The translations under genes and the position numbers were made by a program. A DNA stretch of 64,000 bases from Octopus vulgaris (Eukaryota): assembly GCA_951406725.2 (NCBI GenBank), contig OX597838.1:11346001-11410000 (forward strand). Direction: 5' to 3'. Every line of letters begins with the position of its first letter. The stretch's first letter is position 1. The notes beneath the pieces were generated by a model. The model made no database searches and had not been told where the DNA came from. It saw only the letters and a list, made by a program, of their open reading frames with translations. Positions 39,818 through 51,975 of the stretch are shown here, one piece after another.

Positions 39818-42311
39818 CATATATACGACAGGCTTCTTTCAGTTTCCGTCTACCAAATCCACTCACAAGGCATTGGTCGGCCTGGGGCTATAGCAGAAGA
39901 CACTTGCCCAAGATGCCACGCAGTGGGATTGAACCCAGAACCACGTGGTTGGTTAGCAAGCTACTTACCACACAGCCACTCCTGCGCCTAAATTGGTTCC
40001 TAAATTGGAATTATGTTTTACAAAGGTGTGGAAATTATTTGATTCATCCCATTTCATAAAGTTGTATTCTCCTATTAGAAGACTACAATGAACTCCATAC
40101 CACAAACTTATAAAACACCCATTGTGATGTTACAGTGCTGCAGTAGGACTTATAGCTAGATAGACTGAGATTTTCAGAGTGTGTAGGTTATAAATTCAGT
40201 ACTGTAGCTGTGGTATATAACACATCCTTTTGTCAGTAGATCAAATACCCTATCAACCCAGGCAATCACTTTTGAATACTCATAAGCAAAGCATGTCATC
40301 TAATCTTATTTCATTTTCTTCAAAATCTATGCATGAAATTAAAGTTGGGCGCAGGAGTGGCTGCGTGGTAAGTAGCTTGCTAACCAACCACATGGTTCCG
40401 GGTTCAGTCCCATGCGTGGCATCTTGGGCAAGTGTCTTCTACTATAGCCTCGGGCCGACCAATGCCTTGTGAGTGGATTTGGTAGAGGGAAACTGAAAGA
40501 AGCCTGTCGTATATATGTATATATATGTATGTGTGTGTTTGTGTATCTGTGTTTGTCCCCCTAGCATTGCTTGACAACCGATGCTGGTGTGTTTACATCC
40601 CCGTCACTTAGTGGTTCGGCAAAAGAGACCGATAGAATAAGTACTGGGCTTACAAAGAATAAGTCCTGGGGTCGATTTGCTCGACTAAAGGCGGTGCTCC
40701 AACATGGCCGCAGTCAAATGACTGAAACAAGTAAAAGAGTAACTCTTTAATTGGTGTTTTCAATTGTTAAAGGATAAAGGATAAATTTAACCTATTCAGA
40801 TTAATCTGTCCAATGTAATGCTTATTTGTTCGTTAATTTTAATTAATCAGGTTCAAGAGGGGTGTCCACAATATTTGCTTGTAACTTTAATTTTTTAATA
40901 TAAACTTGAAATTTTGTCAGTGGATGTTTAAATACCAATGATTTACACTTAAGTAATTTTAGCTGATCTTTTTCGTTAAATTTTACTTCTATGGGCAGGT
41001 AAAATTAACAGGTATAAAAGCATTAACTTAATGGATAAACACTAAAATTGAAATCCTACCTGTTTGATTTGTTACTAAAATTATCCCAGATGTCAGCCTC
41101 CCACAATTTTGTCACTTTCAAGATCAGGTACATCATCATCGTTTAGCATCCGCTTTCCATGCTAGCATGGGTTGGACGGTTCAACTGGGGACTGTGAAGC
41201 CGGAAGGCTGCATCAGGCCCAGTCTGATCTGGCAGTGTTTCTACGGCTGGATGCCCTTCCTAACGCCAACCACTCCGTGAGTGTAGTGGGTGCTTTTTAC
41301 GTGCCACCAGTACATTGATTTGAATTGTTTGAAGAAAAAATACAGGTATAATTGGTACAAGACTCTTGCCCAAAGTGCCACACAATAGGACTGGACCCCA
41401 AACCATGTGGTTTGGAAGCAAGCTTCTTATCACACAGCCACGCCTGTGCCTATAACTATTCTCTTATCGGCGGCGAGCTGGCAGACACGTTAGCGCGTTG
41501 GGCAAAATGCTTAGCGGTATTTCGTCTGAAGTTACGTTCTGAGTTCAAATTCCGCCGAGGTCGGCTTTGCCTTTCATCCTTTCGGGGTCGATTAAATAAG
41601 TACCAGTTACGCACTGGGGTCGATATAATCGGCTTAATCCGTCTGTCTGTCCTTGTTTGTCCTCTCTATGTTTAGCCCCTTGTGGGTAGTAAAGAAATAG
41701 GTATTTCGTCTGTCCTTAAGTTCAAATTCCACCGAGGTCGACTTTGCCTTTCATCCTTTCGGGGTCGATAAATAAAGTACTAGTTTCGCACTGGGGTCGA
41801 TGTAATCGACTTAATCCCTTTGTCTGTCCTTGTTTGTACCCCTCTGTCTTTAGCCCTTGTGTGCAATGAAGAAATATATAACTACTCTCTTGCTAAATTT
41901 GTTTTTTTTTTCTTTCCCAGATCACTAACCAGACTAACATCATCATCAGCAGCTGTAAACTTACTACGAGCCTTAAATCACCATTCACAGACCACTATGA
42001 ATGAATTTCTGGCGACGCCTACATTGCAAAGTGCCATGTATTCCAATGTGCAAACAGATGTCAACCAAAATGGCCCTAATCCACCTAAATATGACCTGAG
42101 TGCGCACACTTACAGACTTATTGCCGTGATTGAACACATTGGAGACGTAGTGAGCGGTCATTTTGTTTCATACAGACGTTGTCCCACATGCAAGTCGGGG
42201 GAGAAGCACAGTGATAAATGGCTTTTCACCTCTGACACAGTTGTGAAAAAAGTCAGTCTGACTCAAGTATTGAACTCTGAAGCATATATGTTATTTTACG
42301 AGAAGGTTTGA
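26759..42311 (+). CDS. USP30: Ubiquitin carboxyl-terminal hydrolase 30 (mitochondrial outer-membrane USP); 8 coding exons join(26759-26867,31051-31221,32794-32891,34045-34143,35347-35547,37392-37541,38421-38614,41921-42311), 470 aa
   Basis: All introns are GT-AG with matching phases (1,1,0,0,0,0,2); exons sum to 1413 nt. Motifs: TM+basic AYVLWGPPHKKKSRKK, Cys box GLENLGNTCFLNAVLQAL, EQ/DAHELFH, His box HIGDVVSGHFVSYRR, WLFTSD, terminal AYMLFYEKV, all as in USP30. Confidence 0.95.
28327..28628 (+). mobile_element. SINE family D, 5' truncated
   Basis: Reverse complement of about 7659-7960. Confidence 0.8.
28770..29690 (-). mobile_element. R4/Dong-like non-LTR retrotransposon fragments
   Basis: GKLSRYQKRINLYQ and GYQF..KINHLLYMDELKLF segments. 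Confidence 0.5.
30072..30304 (+). mobile_element. SINE family B
   Basis: Full copy flanked by a TGTTTTCCTTTCTTTT direct repeat. Confidence 0.8.
31051..31221 (+). CDS. USP30: USP30 exon 2 (catalytic Cys box)
   Basis: tctctttcag acceptor; DYAPGLENLGNTCFLNAVLQAL; donor AAG|GTAAT. Confidence 0.95.
32794..32891 (+). CDS. USP30: USP30 exon 3
   Basis: tatttccag acceptor; VLTNKTFHDKETFCPSEVLNALRSRWVIPDDEQ; donor CAG|GTTAGT; absent from ORF track (short). Confidence 0.9.
32928..33275 (-). mobile_element. SINE-like family C with three internal ~50-bp repeats
   Basis: (CAT)n then body, then repeated ggtgctttttacgtgccacc units. Confidence 0.75.
34045..34143 (+). CDS. USP30: USP30 exon 4
   Basis: tttcttag acceptor; DAHELFHALTQTLAEE completes the Q-DAHE motif; donor CAG|GTAAGT. 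Confidence 0.92.
34215..34495 (-). mobile_element. SINE-like family C
   Basis: Same structure as 32928-33275. Confidence 0.75.
35347..35547 (+). CDS. USP30: USP30 exon 5
   Basis: ttgcag acceptor; HPFRGHFASQLTCQSC...YDLFDSLSLNIP; donor TGG|GTAAGT. Confidence 0.93.
35637..36010. repeat. 41-bp minisatellite, about 9 copies (USP30 intron 5)
   Basis: gtactttgtagatattgagttaaaagtacggatgtgtggrt, period 41 (35644, 35685...). Confidence 0.92.
36143..36440 (-). mobile_element. SINE-like family C
   Basis: Same structure. Confidence 0.75.
37392..37541 (+). CDS. USP30: USP30 exon 6
   Basis: tttctttcaag acceptor; LSLEMLLQKFITSETVFNVDCPGC...KKLSIGK; donor AAA|GTAAGT. Confidence 0.9.
38248..38283 (+). ncRNA. 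Minimal hammerhead-like motif
   Basis: CTTT-CTGTCGA-A-GAGC-atag-GCTC-GAAACAT-A-AAAG. Confidence 0.5.
38421..38614 (+). CDS. USP30: USP30 exon 7
   Basis: tgttgcag acceptor; LPQCLCLHIPRTHW...KRFERISFPETLQMD; donor CG|GTAGGT, phase 2. Confidence 0.92.
38637..39047 (-). mobile_element. SINE family A (USP30 intron 7)
   Basis: Full-length reverse copy. Confidence 0.85.
39574..39989 (-). mobile_element. SINE family A (USP30 intron 7)
   Basis: Full-length reverse copy. Confidence 0.85.
40348..40742 (+). mobile_element. SINE family A (USP30 intron 7)
   Basis: Full-length forward copy. Confidence 0.85.
41470..41876 (+). mobile_element. SINE family B tandem/nested dimer
   Basis: Two consecutive bodies joined at ggtatttcgtctg; flanked by TATAACTAyTCTCTT; ends about 45 bp before the USP30 last acceptor. 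Confidence 0.8.
41921..42311 (+). CDS. USP30: USP30 terminal coding exon (His box)
   Basis: Long poly-Y tract then cccag; YRLIAVIEHIGDVVSGHFVSYRR...WLFTSDTVVKKVSLTQVLNSEAYMLFYEKV then TGA. Confidence 0.95.
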
Positions 42312-42389
42312 TCGGTGTACTTTGGACACATTTTTTTGCACCATTATTCAGCAGTATCTGCAGTTGAGAGCACACACACACACACACTC

Positions 42390-42420
<31 letters not shown>

Positions 42421-43351
42421 TGGTATTCAACTCTGTAGGAGGATGTAGAATATTTTAAATTATCTTATTTTCTGAATGTACTGTAAATGACATTTAATTG
42501 CACATTCATTAGTGTACGTTGTAGCAGACTGAATGAATACGGTGCTGATTTGCATAGCGTTAGGATACATGGTTCATATCCAACATTAGTACTGACGTTG
42601 TCTCTAATAATTCTATATCATCCAGTTCATTGCTAGAACTAGCAAGATCACTGTAAATGAGGAACATTGGAATACTGAGCTCAGATCGTCCCAAGGGCCT
42701 GAGGAAGAGGCATTGGGAAAAATGGCTCAGACCAACCCCAGTATTAATTGATAACAAAGCAGTCTTCACATGGTGCTCCAGGATTCTTCTTATACTTTGT
42801 TTTCACAATAAGGAATGCCATCAGTGCAGTTACTGATAAGATTCCATCCTTTCAACTGAAGTGTGAGTGAGAGAGAATTTTCATTGTATTTAATGTGGGT
42901 GGTTGGTGTAAATTGAGCATGTTAAAACAAAAAAAAAAAACCATATCTGGACTTTTTAACAGTTGCTGCTTTACCATGTTACCATTTTCTTTTTTAAATG
43001 AATTCTTAAAATGACTATTTAGATACTTGAAGACTGAAAAATATGATTAAAAATCATGGGAAATTCTTTACATAAAAGAAAGCTTTATTGATGTTGTCAT
43101 ACAAAATGCCCAGATATACAGAACCCAAAGTACCAGAATTCTCTAAGTTTTCTTCTACTTTTGGCTGGAATCCTGTTCATTAATTTGGGCTTTAATTCCC
43201 ACCAGGAACTCTTTAAAATGTTGCTATTTCTTTTGTAGAAATTGTTGGTTTTATTAAAACCAGAAATCAAGAAATAAAAAATTGATATCTCCAAATGTTC
43301 TCTAAATATAAATGAACACATTTTTTTATTGCAATGGTTTAAAAATAACTA

Positions 43352-43757
43352 AGGCGCAGGAGTGGCTGTGTGGTAAGTAGCTTGCTAACCAACCACATGG
43401 TTCCGGGTTCAGTCCCACTGCATGGCATCTTGGGCAAGTGTCTTCTGCTATAGCCCCGGGCCGACCAATGCCTTGTGAGTGGATTTGGTAGACGGAAAAC
43501 TGAAAGAAGCCTGTCGTATATATGTATATATATATATATATGTGTGTGTGTGTTTGTACCCCTAGCATTGCTTGACAACCGATGCTGGTGTGTTTACGTC
43601 CCCGTCACTTAGCGGTTCGGCAAAAGAGACCGATAGAATAAGTACTGGGCTTACAAAGAATAAGTCCCGGGGGGGTCGATTTGCTCGACTAAAGGCGGTG
43701 CTCCAGCATGGCCGCAGTCAAATGACTGAAACAAGTAAAAGAGAGAGTAAAGAGTAA
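43352..43757 (+). mobile_element. SINE family A
   Basis: Full-length forward copy. Confidence 0.85.
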
Positions 43758-43845
43758 GGGAAGTTGAGATGGTTATGTCACCTGTGTAAGTCCACTCTTT
43801 TAATAATTAACTATTTTGTTGGGTGTCTCTTTTGTTCTCCATTAA

Positions 43846-44064
43846 CCCTTTAGTGATCTGATTATTCAACCAAACATAATGCCTATTGATTCCCATTGAT
43901 TTGAATTAATCATGCATTATCCCATATCTTCAAGATCTTGATGGTGTAATTACTTAATGTAGAATAACATTGTAGGGTAGGTGTGAGAGCCTGGATCTGG
44001 TCAGTTTGAACATAAAACAGGTTAGCTCTTTTGGCCGGATATGGCCAGTTTAAATACTAAAAGG
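43846..44064. mobile_element. piggyBac-type MITE (same family, opposite orientation)
   Basis: TTAA|CCCTTTAGT...ACTAAAAGG|TTAA; body reverse-matches 12610-12830. Confidence 0.75.
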
Positions 44065-44285
44065 TTAAATCACTTGAACAAAAATTCAGTTATCTGTTTT
44101 GTGGTTTACTCTCCATTTTACTTTTCAGACAATCGTATTACTTATAGTCTAAATTAGTACATGTATGCAAAGATGATATTTGATGAAGTCGAGATCCAGT
44201 TGAGACCAGCAGTATTTTGATGTCTGTTTCTCACTGAGTTTACAAGAAAGTATTTTTTTTAACATCTCCAGAATTATATATAGTT

Positions 44286-44590
44286 GTGCCGGTGGCACGT
44301 AGCACCATCCATTCGTGGCCGTTGCCAGCCTCGCCTGGCCCCCGTGCCGGTGGCACATAAAAAACACCATCCGTCCATGGCCGTTTGCCAGCTCCGTCTG
44401 GCACCTGTGCGGGTGGCACGTAAAAAGCACCCACTACACTCACGGAGTGGTTGGCATTAGGAAGGGCATCCAGCTGTAGAAACACTGCCAGATCAGACTG
44501 GGCCTGATGCAGCCTTCTGGCTTCACAGACCCCAGTTGAACCGTCCAACCCATGCTAGCATGGAAAGCGGATGCTAGATGATGAGGATGA
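44286..44590 (+). mobile_element. SINE-like family C
   Basis: Forward copy ending in gatgatgaggatga. Confidence 0.75.
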
Positions 44591-44862
44591 TTTATGGTGG
44601 CGTCAACCAGTTTCCTGAAACGGTCAGGAATGGAATGAACAACCTTCTGAAGTGTGTCGTCTGGGATATCATTGACAACCTCCTGACTCCATGTCCCTAA
44701 GTCCTCCAGTGTGCCAGGTTTTGTCTTGTACATCTCTTTTATGTAACCCCACAGGTAAAAATCACATGGAGTGAGATCTGGACTTCTTGGAAGCCATTCA
44801 TGAGGTCCGTGTCGTCCCATCCAAAGTCCTAGAAAATGTTGGTCTAACCATGCACGCACAGT
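44590..44862 (-). mobile_element. Tc1/mariner transposase C-terminal fragment
   Basis: WLDQHFLGLWMGRHGPHEWLPRSPDLTPCDFYLWGYIK. Confidence 0.8.
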
Positions 44863-44930
44863 GAGAGCAAAATACCAAACTTAACCAAAGCGGTACATGA
44901 AACATTGACAAAACCTGAAAATAAAAATCT

Positions 44931-45483
44931 AGGTGCAGGAGTGGCTGTGTGGTAAGTAGCTTGCTTACCAACCACATGGTTCCGGGTTCAGTCCCACTGT
45001 GTGGCACCTTGGGCAAGTGTCTTCTACTATAGCCTCGGGCCGGCCAATGCCTTGTGAGTGGATTTGGTAGACGGAAACTGAAAGAAGCCTGTCAAAAAGC
45101 ACCCACTACACTCACGGAGTGGTTGGCGTTAGGAAGGGCATCCAGCCGTAGAAACACTGCCAGATTTGACTGGGCCTGATGAAGCCTTCTGGCTTCACAG
45201 ACCCCAGTAGAACCGTCCAACCCATGCTAGCATGGAAAACGGACGCTAAACGATGATGTATATATATATGTGTGTGTGTTTGTGTGTCTGTGTTTGTCCC
45301 CCTAGCATTGCTTGACAGCCGATGCTGGTGTGTTTACGTCCCCGTCACTTAGCGGTTCGGCAAAAGAGACCGATAGAATAAGTACTGGGCTTACAAAAGA
45401 ATAAGACCCGGGGTCGATTTGCTCGACTAAAGGCTGTGCTCCAGCATGGCCGCAGTCAAATGACTGAAACGAGTAAAGAGAGT
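44931..45483 (+). mobile_element. SINE family A with nested family C insertion (45094-45258)
   Basis: Head ends at agcctgtc, a family C segment with GAT tail follows, then the TA/TG tract and A tail resume. Confidence 0.85.
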
Positions 45484-45489
45484 TTACTT

Positions 45490-46682
45490 GCCATGAGATA
45501 AAGGGAAAGAACTCTGCGTAATTTCTCGTGAAATATGATAGACTAGCGATAGAACATTTAAACAATGACAGACGACATTCTGAAGTGACAGATACAAACC
45601 ACCACCGGAAGTGAGGACTGAATTAACACCGCATGGACGGACATTTGTAGATGGAGACAAATACAGGAACAACTTCATTACAAAGGACAGTAGATTGACC
45701 AGATTGTATCATCTCATTAAAACACACAAGGAGAACAACATGATCCAGATTAGACCCAGCGTAGAAGGACCCCTATATAAAATATCCTGGCTGTTTTTTC
45801 TCGTCCTGAAACCCATACGCTCCACCTTCCCTGGACACGTCAAGAACTCTGGCGAAGTCATCAAAAGATTGTGCCAACTCCCCACAGACCAACTGAGACA
45901 AAACAGATATGTCTTTAGTCTTGACGTTGTCTCTATGTACACAAATGTGCCAGCACACTCGGCGATTGACTGCATAATTGCGTCTGACATTCATTGCTTC
46001 GGACTTACCACAGCTGATATACATCAACTTTTATCCATCATCGTGGACAACACCTGCTTCGGATCTTTTCATTTTGATAGCCAGATTTCAACATGTTGTC
46101 TGAGTTTTTAGACGCAGCAAATGATTTCAGCTCAAATACTGGCGATTCATTGGTTAAAATTCGAAGAATTAAACTACGTTAAACTTACAAATTACAAATT
46201 TATCAAAAAACCCAAGTGAAAATAATGTTTTCTTTTGACACATTCTACCAGTATACGAAGTTTCAAATTGTTTAGTTAACTAGAAATTGTGTTGAAATCT
46301 GGCTATCAAAAGGAAAAGATCTCCTACTTCTCTTTCTATGACCACATATACAAAGAGACAACAGGTTCCCCCCATGGGATCCAGTCTCTCGGGCCTACTA
46401 GCCATCACCTATATGAACCATCTGGAACGTCGAGCACTCAACATCTGTCGCTCATGCGCCTTTTTCACCAGGTACATAGATGACATCATCGTACTCATAT
46501 GCTTCCGTGAAGAGGCTGACAATATTTACGACGTTCAGCAACATGGACACGAACATAAAGTTCACTATAGAACATCCCGACAACTCTGGATCACTATCGC
46601 TACTTGACTTCCAACTAAAAATAACGGAAGAAGGAGAGATCCATACCGAGTTCTACGGGGAAGCAGCTAGTAGAGATGTTTG
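45490..46682 (+). mobile_element. Penelope-like element reverse transcriptase, decayed
   Basis: LYHLIKTHK..IRP, FSLDVVSMYTNVP, PMGSSLSGLLA, RYIDDI, IKFTIE..LSLLD motifs; frameshifts and a MITE insertion. Confidence 0.85.
46061..46322. mobile_element. GGATCTT-family MITE inserted in a Penelope RT
   Basis: About 33-bp TIRs; TSD CCTGCTTC/CCTACTTC; removal restores the DNTYFSFYDHIYK frame. Confidence 0.85.
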
Positions 46683-46725
46683 TTAACTACAGTTCAGCTC
46701 ATCCACTCGGTGCCAAATTATATGC

Positions 46726-46770
<45 letters not shown>

Positions 46771-46774
<4 letters not shown>

Positions 46775-48553
46775 GTGTGTGAGAGAAAATTGAGATGACA
46801 CAGGAGAGAAATGCGTATGCATGGATGATGGTGCACTTGCTTTTAGTGTTTCTGAAAAGAAAGAGGCTTGGAAAAGCCATTATGAAAGACTGCTGAATGT
46901 TGAGAATGAATGGGTGAAGGAGAGCCTGCCAAATGTTGACCCAGTAGAGGGACCAGCTATCCGAATAGACAGCTCCCTAGTAGATAAAGCAATTAAGGGT
47001 ATGAAGCCAGGAAAAGCCCCCGGCCCATCAGGAATCGCTGCTGAGATGCTTAAAGCATCTGGTGGTGTGGGCTATGGCCTAGTTACCCGCATTGTAAATC
47101 AGGTAGTTCATAACGGAGTCATACCCAATGACTGGCGTAGCAGCACCATAGTCAACTGCTACAAGGGTAAAGGTGATGCTCAATATAGAAATACCTACAG
47201 GGGTATTAAACTGCTGGATCAGGTGATGAAGGTCACAGAGAGGGTCATAGTCCATCTCATTAGGGAGAGAGTCTGCTTAGATGAGATGCGCTTCGGTTTT
47301 GCACCACTGATGCTATATTCCTGGTTCGACAACTGCAGGAGAAATACCTAGCTAAAGATAAGCCCATCTACTTAACTTTTGTGGACTTGGAGAAAGCATT
47401 TGACAGCCCCCCCCCCCCCCGATCTCTTATCTGGTGTGCAATGCGGAAACTGGGAATTGACGAATGGGTGATAAGGGCTGTACAGGCCCTATACAGAGAG
47501 GCCGTTAGTAAGGTTAGGATTGGCAACGAGTATAGTGAAGAATTCCGAGTAGAAGTAGGAATCCACCAAGGTTCAGCCCTCAGTCCCCTTTTATCCATCA
47601 TAGTCCTCCAGGCAATAACAGAGGAATTCAAAATGGGTTGCCCTGAGAGTTCCTCTATGCTGATGACCTGGCCCTCATAGCAGAATCACTACCGGAACTA
47701 GAAAAGAAATTTCGGGTGTGGAAGCTAGGTTTAGAATCAAAAGGCCTTAGAGTAAATGTAAAAGACCAAAGTTATAGTAAGCAGGAAGGCGAACTCATCA
47801 CACACACACTCAGGTAGGTGGCCCTGCTCGATCTGTAGAAAAGGTGTGGGTAGAAACTCCATAAGATGTACTAAGGACGCATAAGAGGTGCAGCAACATC
47901 AAAGGAAAATTAACCGAGAAGATAGCTTTCGTGTGAGGCAGATACACAGGGGCAATAGACACCACAGATACTCAGAAAACAGATTCCATCACACTCCAGG
48001 GGGAGAAACTAGAAGTAGTTGATAGTTTCCGCTACCTAGGTGACCAAGTTAGTAGTGGAGGTGGATGCTCAGAGAGTGTCACCACTAGAATACGAATAGC
48101 CTGGGCAAAGTTTAGAAAGCTTCTACCCCTACTGGTGACAAAGGGTCTCTCGCTCAGAGTGAAAGGTAGATTGTACGACGCATGTGTGCGAACTGCCATG
48201 CTTCACGGTAGTGAAACATGGGTCGTGACTGCAGAGGACATGCATAGGCTTGAAAGAAATGAAGCTAGCATGATCTGCTAGATGTGTAATGTCAGGGTGC
48301 ACACACGACAGAGTGCAAGCGCCCTGAGAGAAATGCTGGATATAAGAACCATTGGATGTTGTGTGCAAGAGAGACGTTTGCTCTGGTATGGTCATGTGCT
48401 ACGGATGGTTGAGGAGAGATGTGTGAAGAAGTGCCACTCCCAAACAGTTGAAGGCATCCAGGGGAGAGGTAGACCCAGGAAGACATGGGATGAGGTGGTC
48501 AAGCTTGACCTTCGAACGTTGGGCCTCACAGAGGCAATGACGAAAGACCGAGA
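46771..48553 (+). mobile_element. RTE-clade LINE, 5' truncated, decayed
   Basis: KAPGPSGIAAEMLK, YKGKGD..YRGIKLL, FVDLEKAFD, HQGSALSP, LYADD, RRLLWYGHVLRM, RGRPRKTW; multiple frameshifts and stops. Confidence 0.9.
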
Positions 48554-49405
48554 TCCTCATCAATCGTCTAAGAGCTATTTTATACTAATACTGCTTCTGT
48601 TGCGTATAACAAACACACATATACATACGCATGCACACACACACACACACATTAAAAACAAAAGAAAATACTTTGGAAACTTTAAACTTTATCATGAATA
48701 AAAGGAAAAATATTTACAATTTTATCAAATCATGCTACCGGTTTCAATGACTTTTATTCACATATTTTCTTTTAATTGGTTTAGATTCAGATACAAATTA
48801 CTTTTTTTAAAAAAAAGTTCAGGGTTTATGCAATAATGTTCACTCTTACGTTAAACATATTGATTCCAGTTTCATTCCCGTTCGTACATGTGCGGACGGT
48901 GTGATGGTCTTTGTTCGCTCAAGCTTTGCTGCGATTCCTTGTGCTGTCAGTGGAAGACTCAACGACTTTTAAAATAATACAAGATAGAGAGTTTCTGTGA
49001 TTTAAAGAACCATCCCAATCACACTTGGTCGGCTCCATGTTTACGTTAAAATCATAAATCTGTGGAATATTCAGTGAGCGGCGCAAAAGTACAATGAATA
49101 AAGGTTGCTGACCAAACAGCTAGAATACTCAAAACGTGACAGTAGAGCAGATAGCCACTTCTTCACTAACATATCCTTTCTTATCACTAATTGCATTTTT
49201 TTTTATATATTTGTTATTAATATGTTAAATAGTATGTGTTTATTGTTGTTGTTGAATTCATCCAATAATAAGAAAAAAAAGTAACCTTGTTTTTTGCTCC
49301 GTGAAATTTTCTTTTCGTTTTTTTTTTGTTTTATATAATCTCACTTTTGTATTACAAAAAAAAACTTGGACTTAATAAAAGAAAACATCATCGTGTTTAC
49401 TTGAT

Positions 49406-50376
<971 letters not shown>

Positions 50377-50561
50377 GTATATAAAAGATACGGGGCATTT
50401 TCATCAGGGTGACTCAAACTAATAGTTATGCGCTCAGAGTGCTCAAATCTTGTATGCCACTAAAATTCCGCTTTGAACTGCAGTTGAAGATGTGGTTTTG
50501 TAACCGCATTTCTAAAGCGGCTGGAAGTGCCTTCCCATTGAGTTAGTAGGTATAGATTAAA

Positions 50562-51084
50562 GCAGAAAAGAAGAGAAAGCAAACAGTTTAGCGAGACTTG
50601 GCAAGGACATTTAATTTAGCTATATAATAAAAGGTTTAGATCGTCTCAGACAGCTGTTTCTACAATATCCTAGCTATTGGACCATCTTGTCGAGCGAAGA
50701 TTCCATAGGCTGAGCATACCATTATCGGTGAGAGATAGGTTAAACATATTTAACAGTGGAAGAAAATTCATTTGGTAAATCCATGTTCATGGGTTTACCT
50801 TCATGAATGCCCTTTTTAATTGGACTTAAGTGAATTTCTACTCCCTTTCTAGACATAATGAACCTCAATAAATATCACTGATGACGAATTTTCTTCCACT
50901 GTTACATATGTCTAAACTATCTCTTTCTGATGACGGAACATATGGAATCATCGCTCCTCACGATGTCCCAATAGCTGGGGTAAATCTAGAAATAGCTGCA
51001 TGAGACTGCCTAAACATTTTATTCTATAGCCATATTAAATGCCCTTGTCAAGTCTTGCCAAACTGTTTGCTTTCTTTTTTCTGC
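50562..51084. repeat. Imperfect ~200-bp-arm inverted repeat with hammerhead motifs (Penelope-like)
   Basis: Arms about 50562-50769 and 50886-51084; (TA)n abuts the right arm. Confidence 0.8.
50644..50733 (-). ncRNA. Penelope-type hammerhead ribozyme motif (degenerate)
   Basis: TCTCA-CCGATAA-(long stem II)-GAAACAGCTGTC-TGAGA; palindromic helix III ACAGCTGT; mirror copy at 50920-51005 (+) retains CTGATGA. Confidence 0.6.
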
Positions 51085-51122
<38 letters not shown>

Positions 51123-51196
51123 GCACACATATGTATATATATATATACACATGCACACATATGTATATGTATATATATATATATACACACGCACAC

Positions 51197-51260
<64 letters not shown>

Positions 51261-51416
51261 GCATCTATATACACGTATATGTCATCATCATCGTTGTTAT
51301 ACTATACTGTCATTATTATTGTCATTAAGTGTTAGTTTTTCATGCTAAATTTTGTTCTTGTAATTTTTTTCAGAATATTCAAACACACATGTATATATAT
51401 ATATATATATACATAC

Positions 51417-51454
<38 letters not shown>

Positions 51455-51975
51455 GAAAGAAAGTTTGAAAGTGCAATTTAAAAGATGTTTATTTACTTTA
51501 CCGGTTATATATATATATATATACATATATGTGTGTGTGTATGTATTGTTATAAATATATCAATTAATAAATATATGGTTATGATTACGCATGCATGTTA
51601 ATGTATGTTTATAAGCACACATACATACACACCATACACACACCACACACACACACTCATACACGCACACTTATGAACGTATGCATCTATGAAAGGCAGT
51701 TATCGCTATTGGATTTATTTACATAGATTGCATATATATTCGAAAAAAAATAAAGATATATCGTGAAATCTTTCCCCAGCCAGTTTTTGTAAATGCATCG
51801 CTGGTTAGTACAACCCATTCGCATAAATACGATCACACACACACACACACATGCGCACGCGCACCTCAGTGTTTCACATCAACAATCATCAGAAAAACTG
51901 AACTTTTGAAGAATTCAATGGTTTATAAATGTTTATAAATGGTAATTTGATAATTGGTAAATCATTTAATAGACA

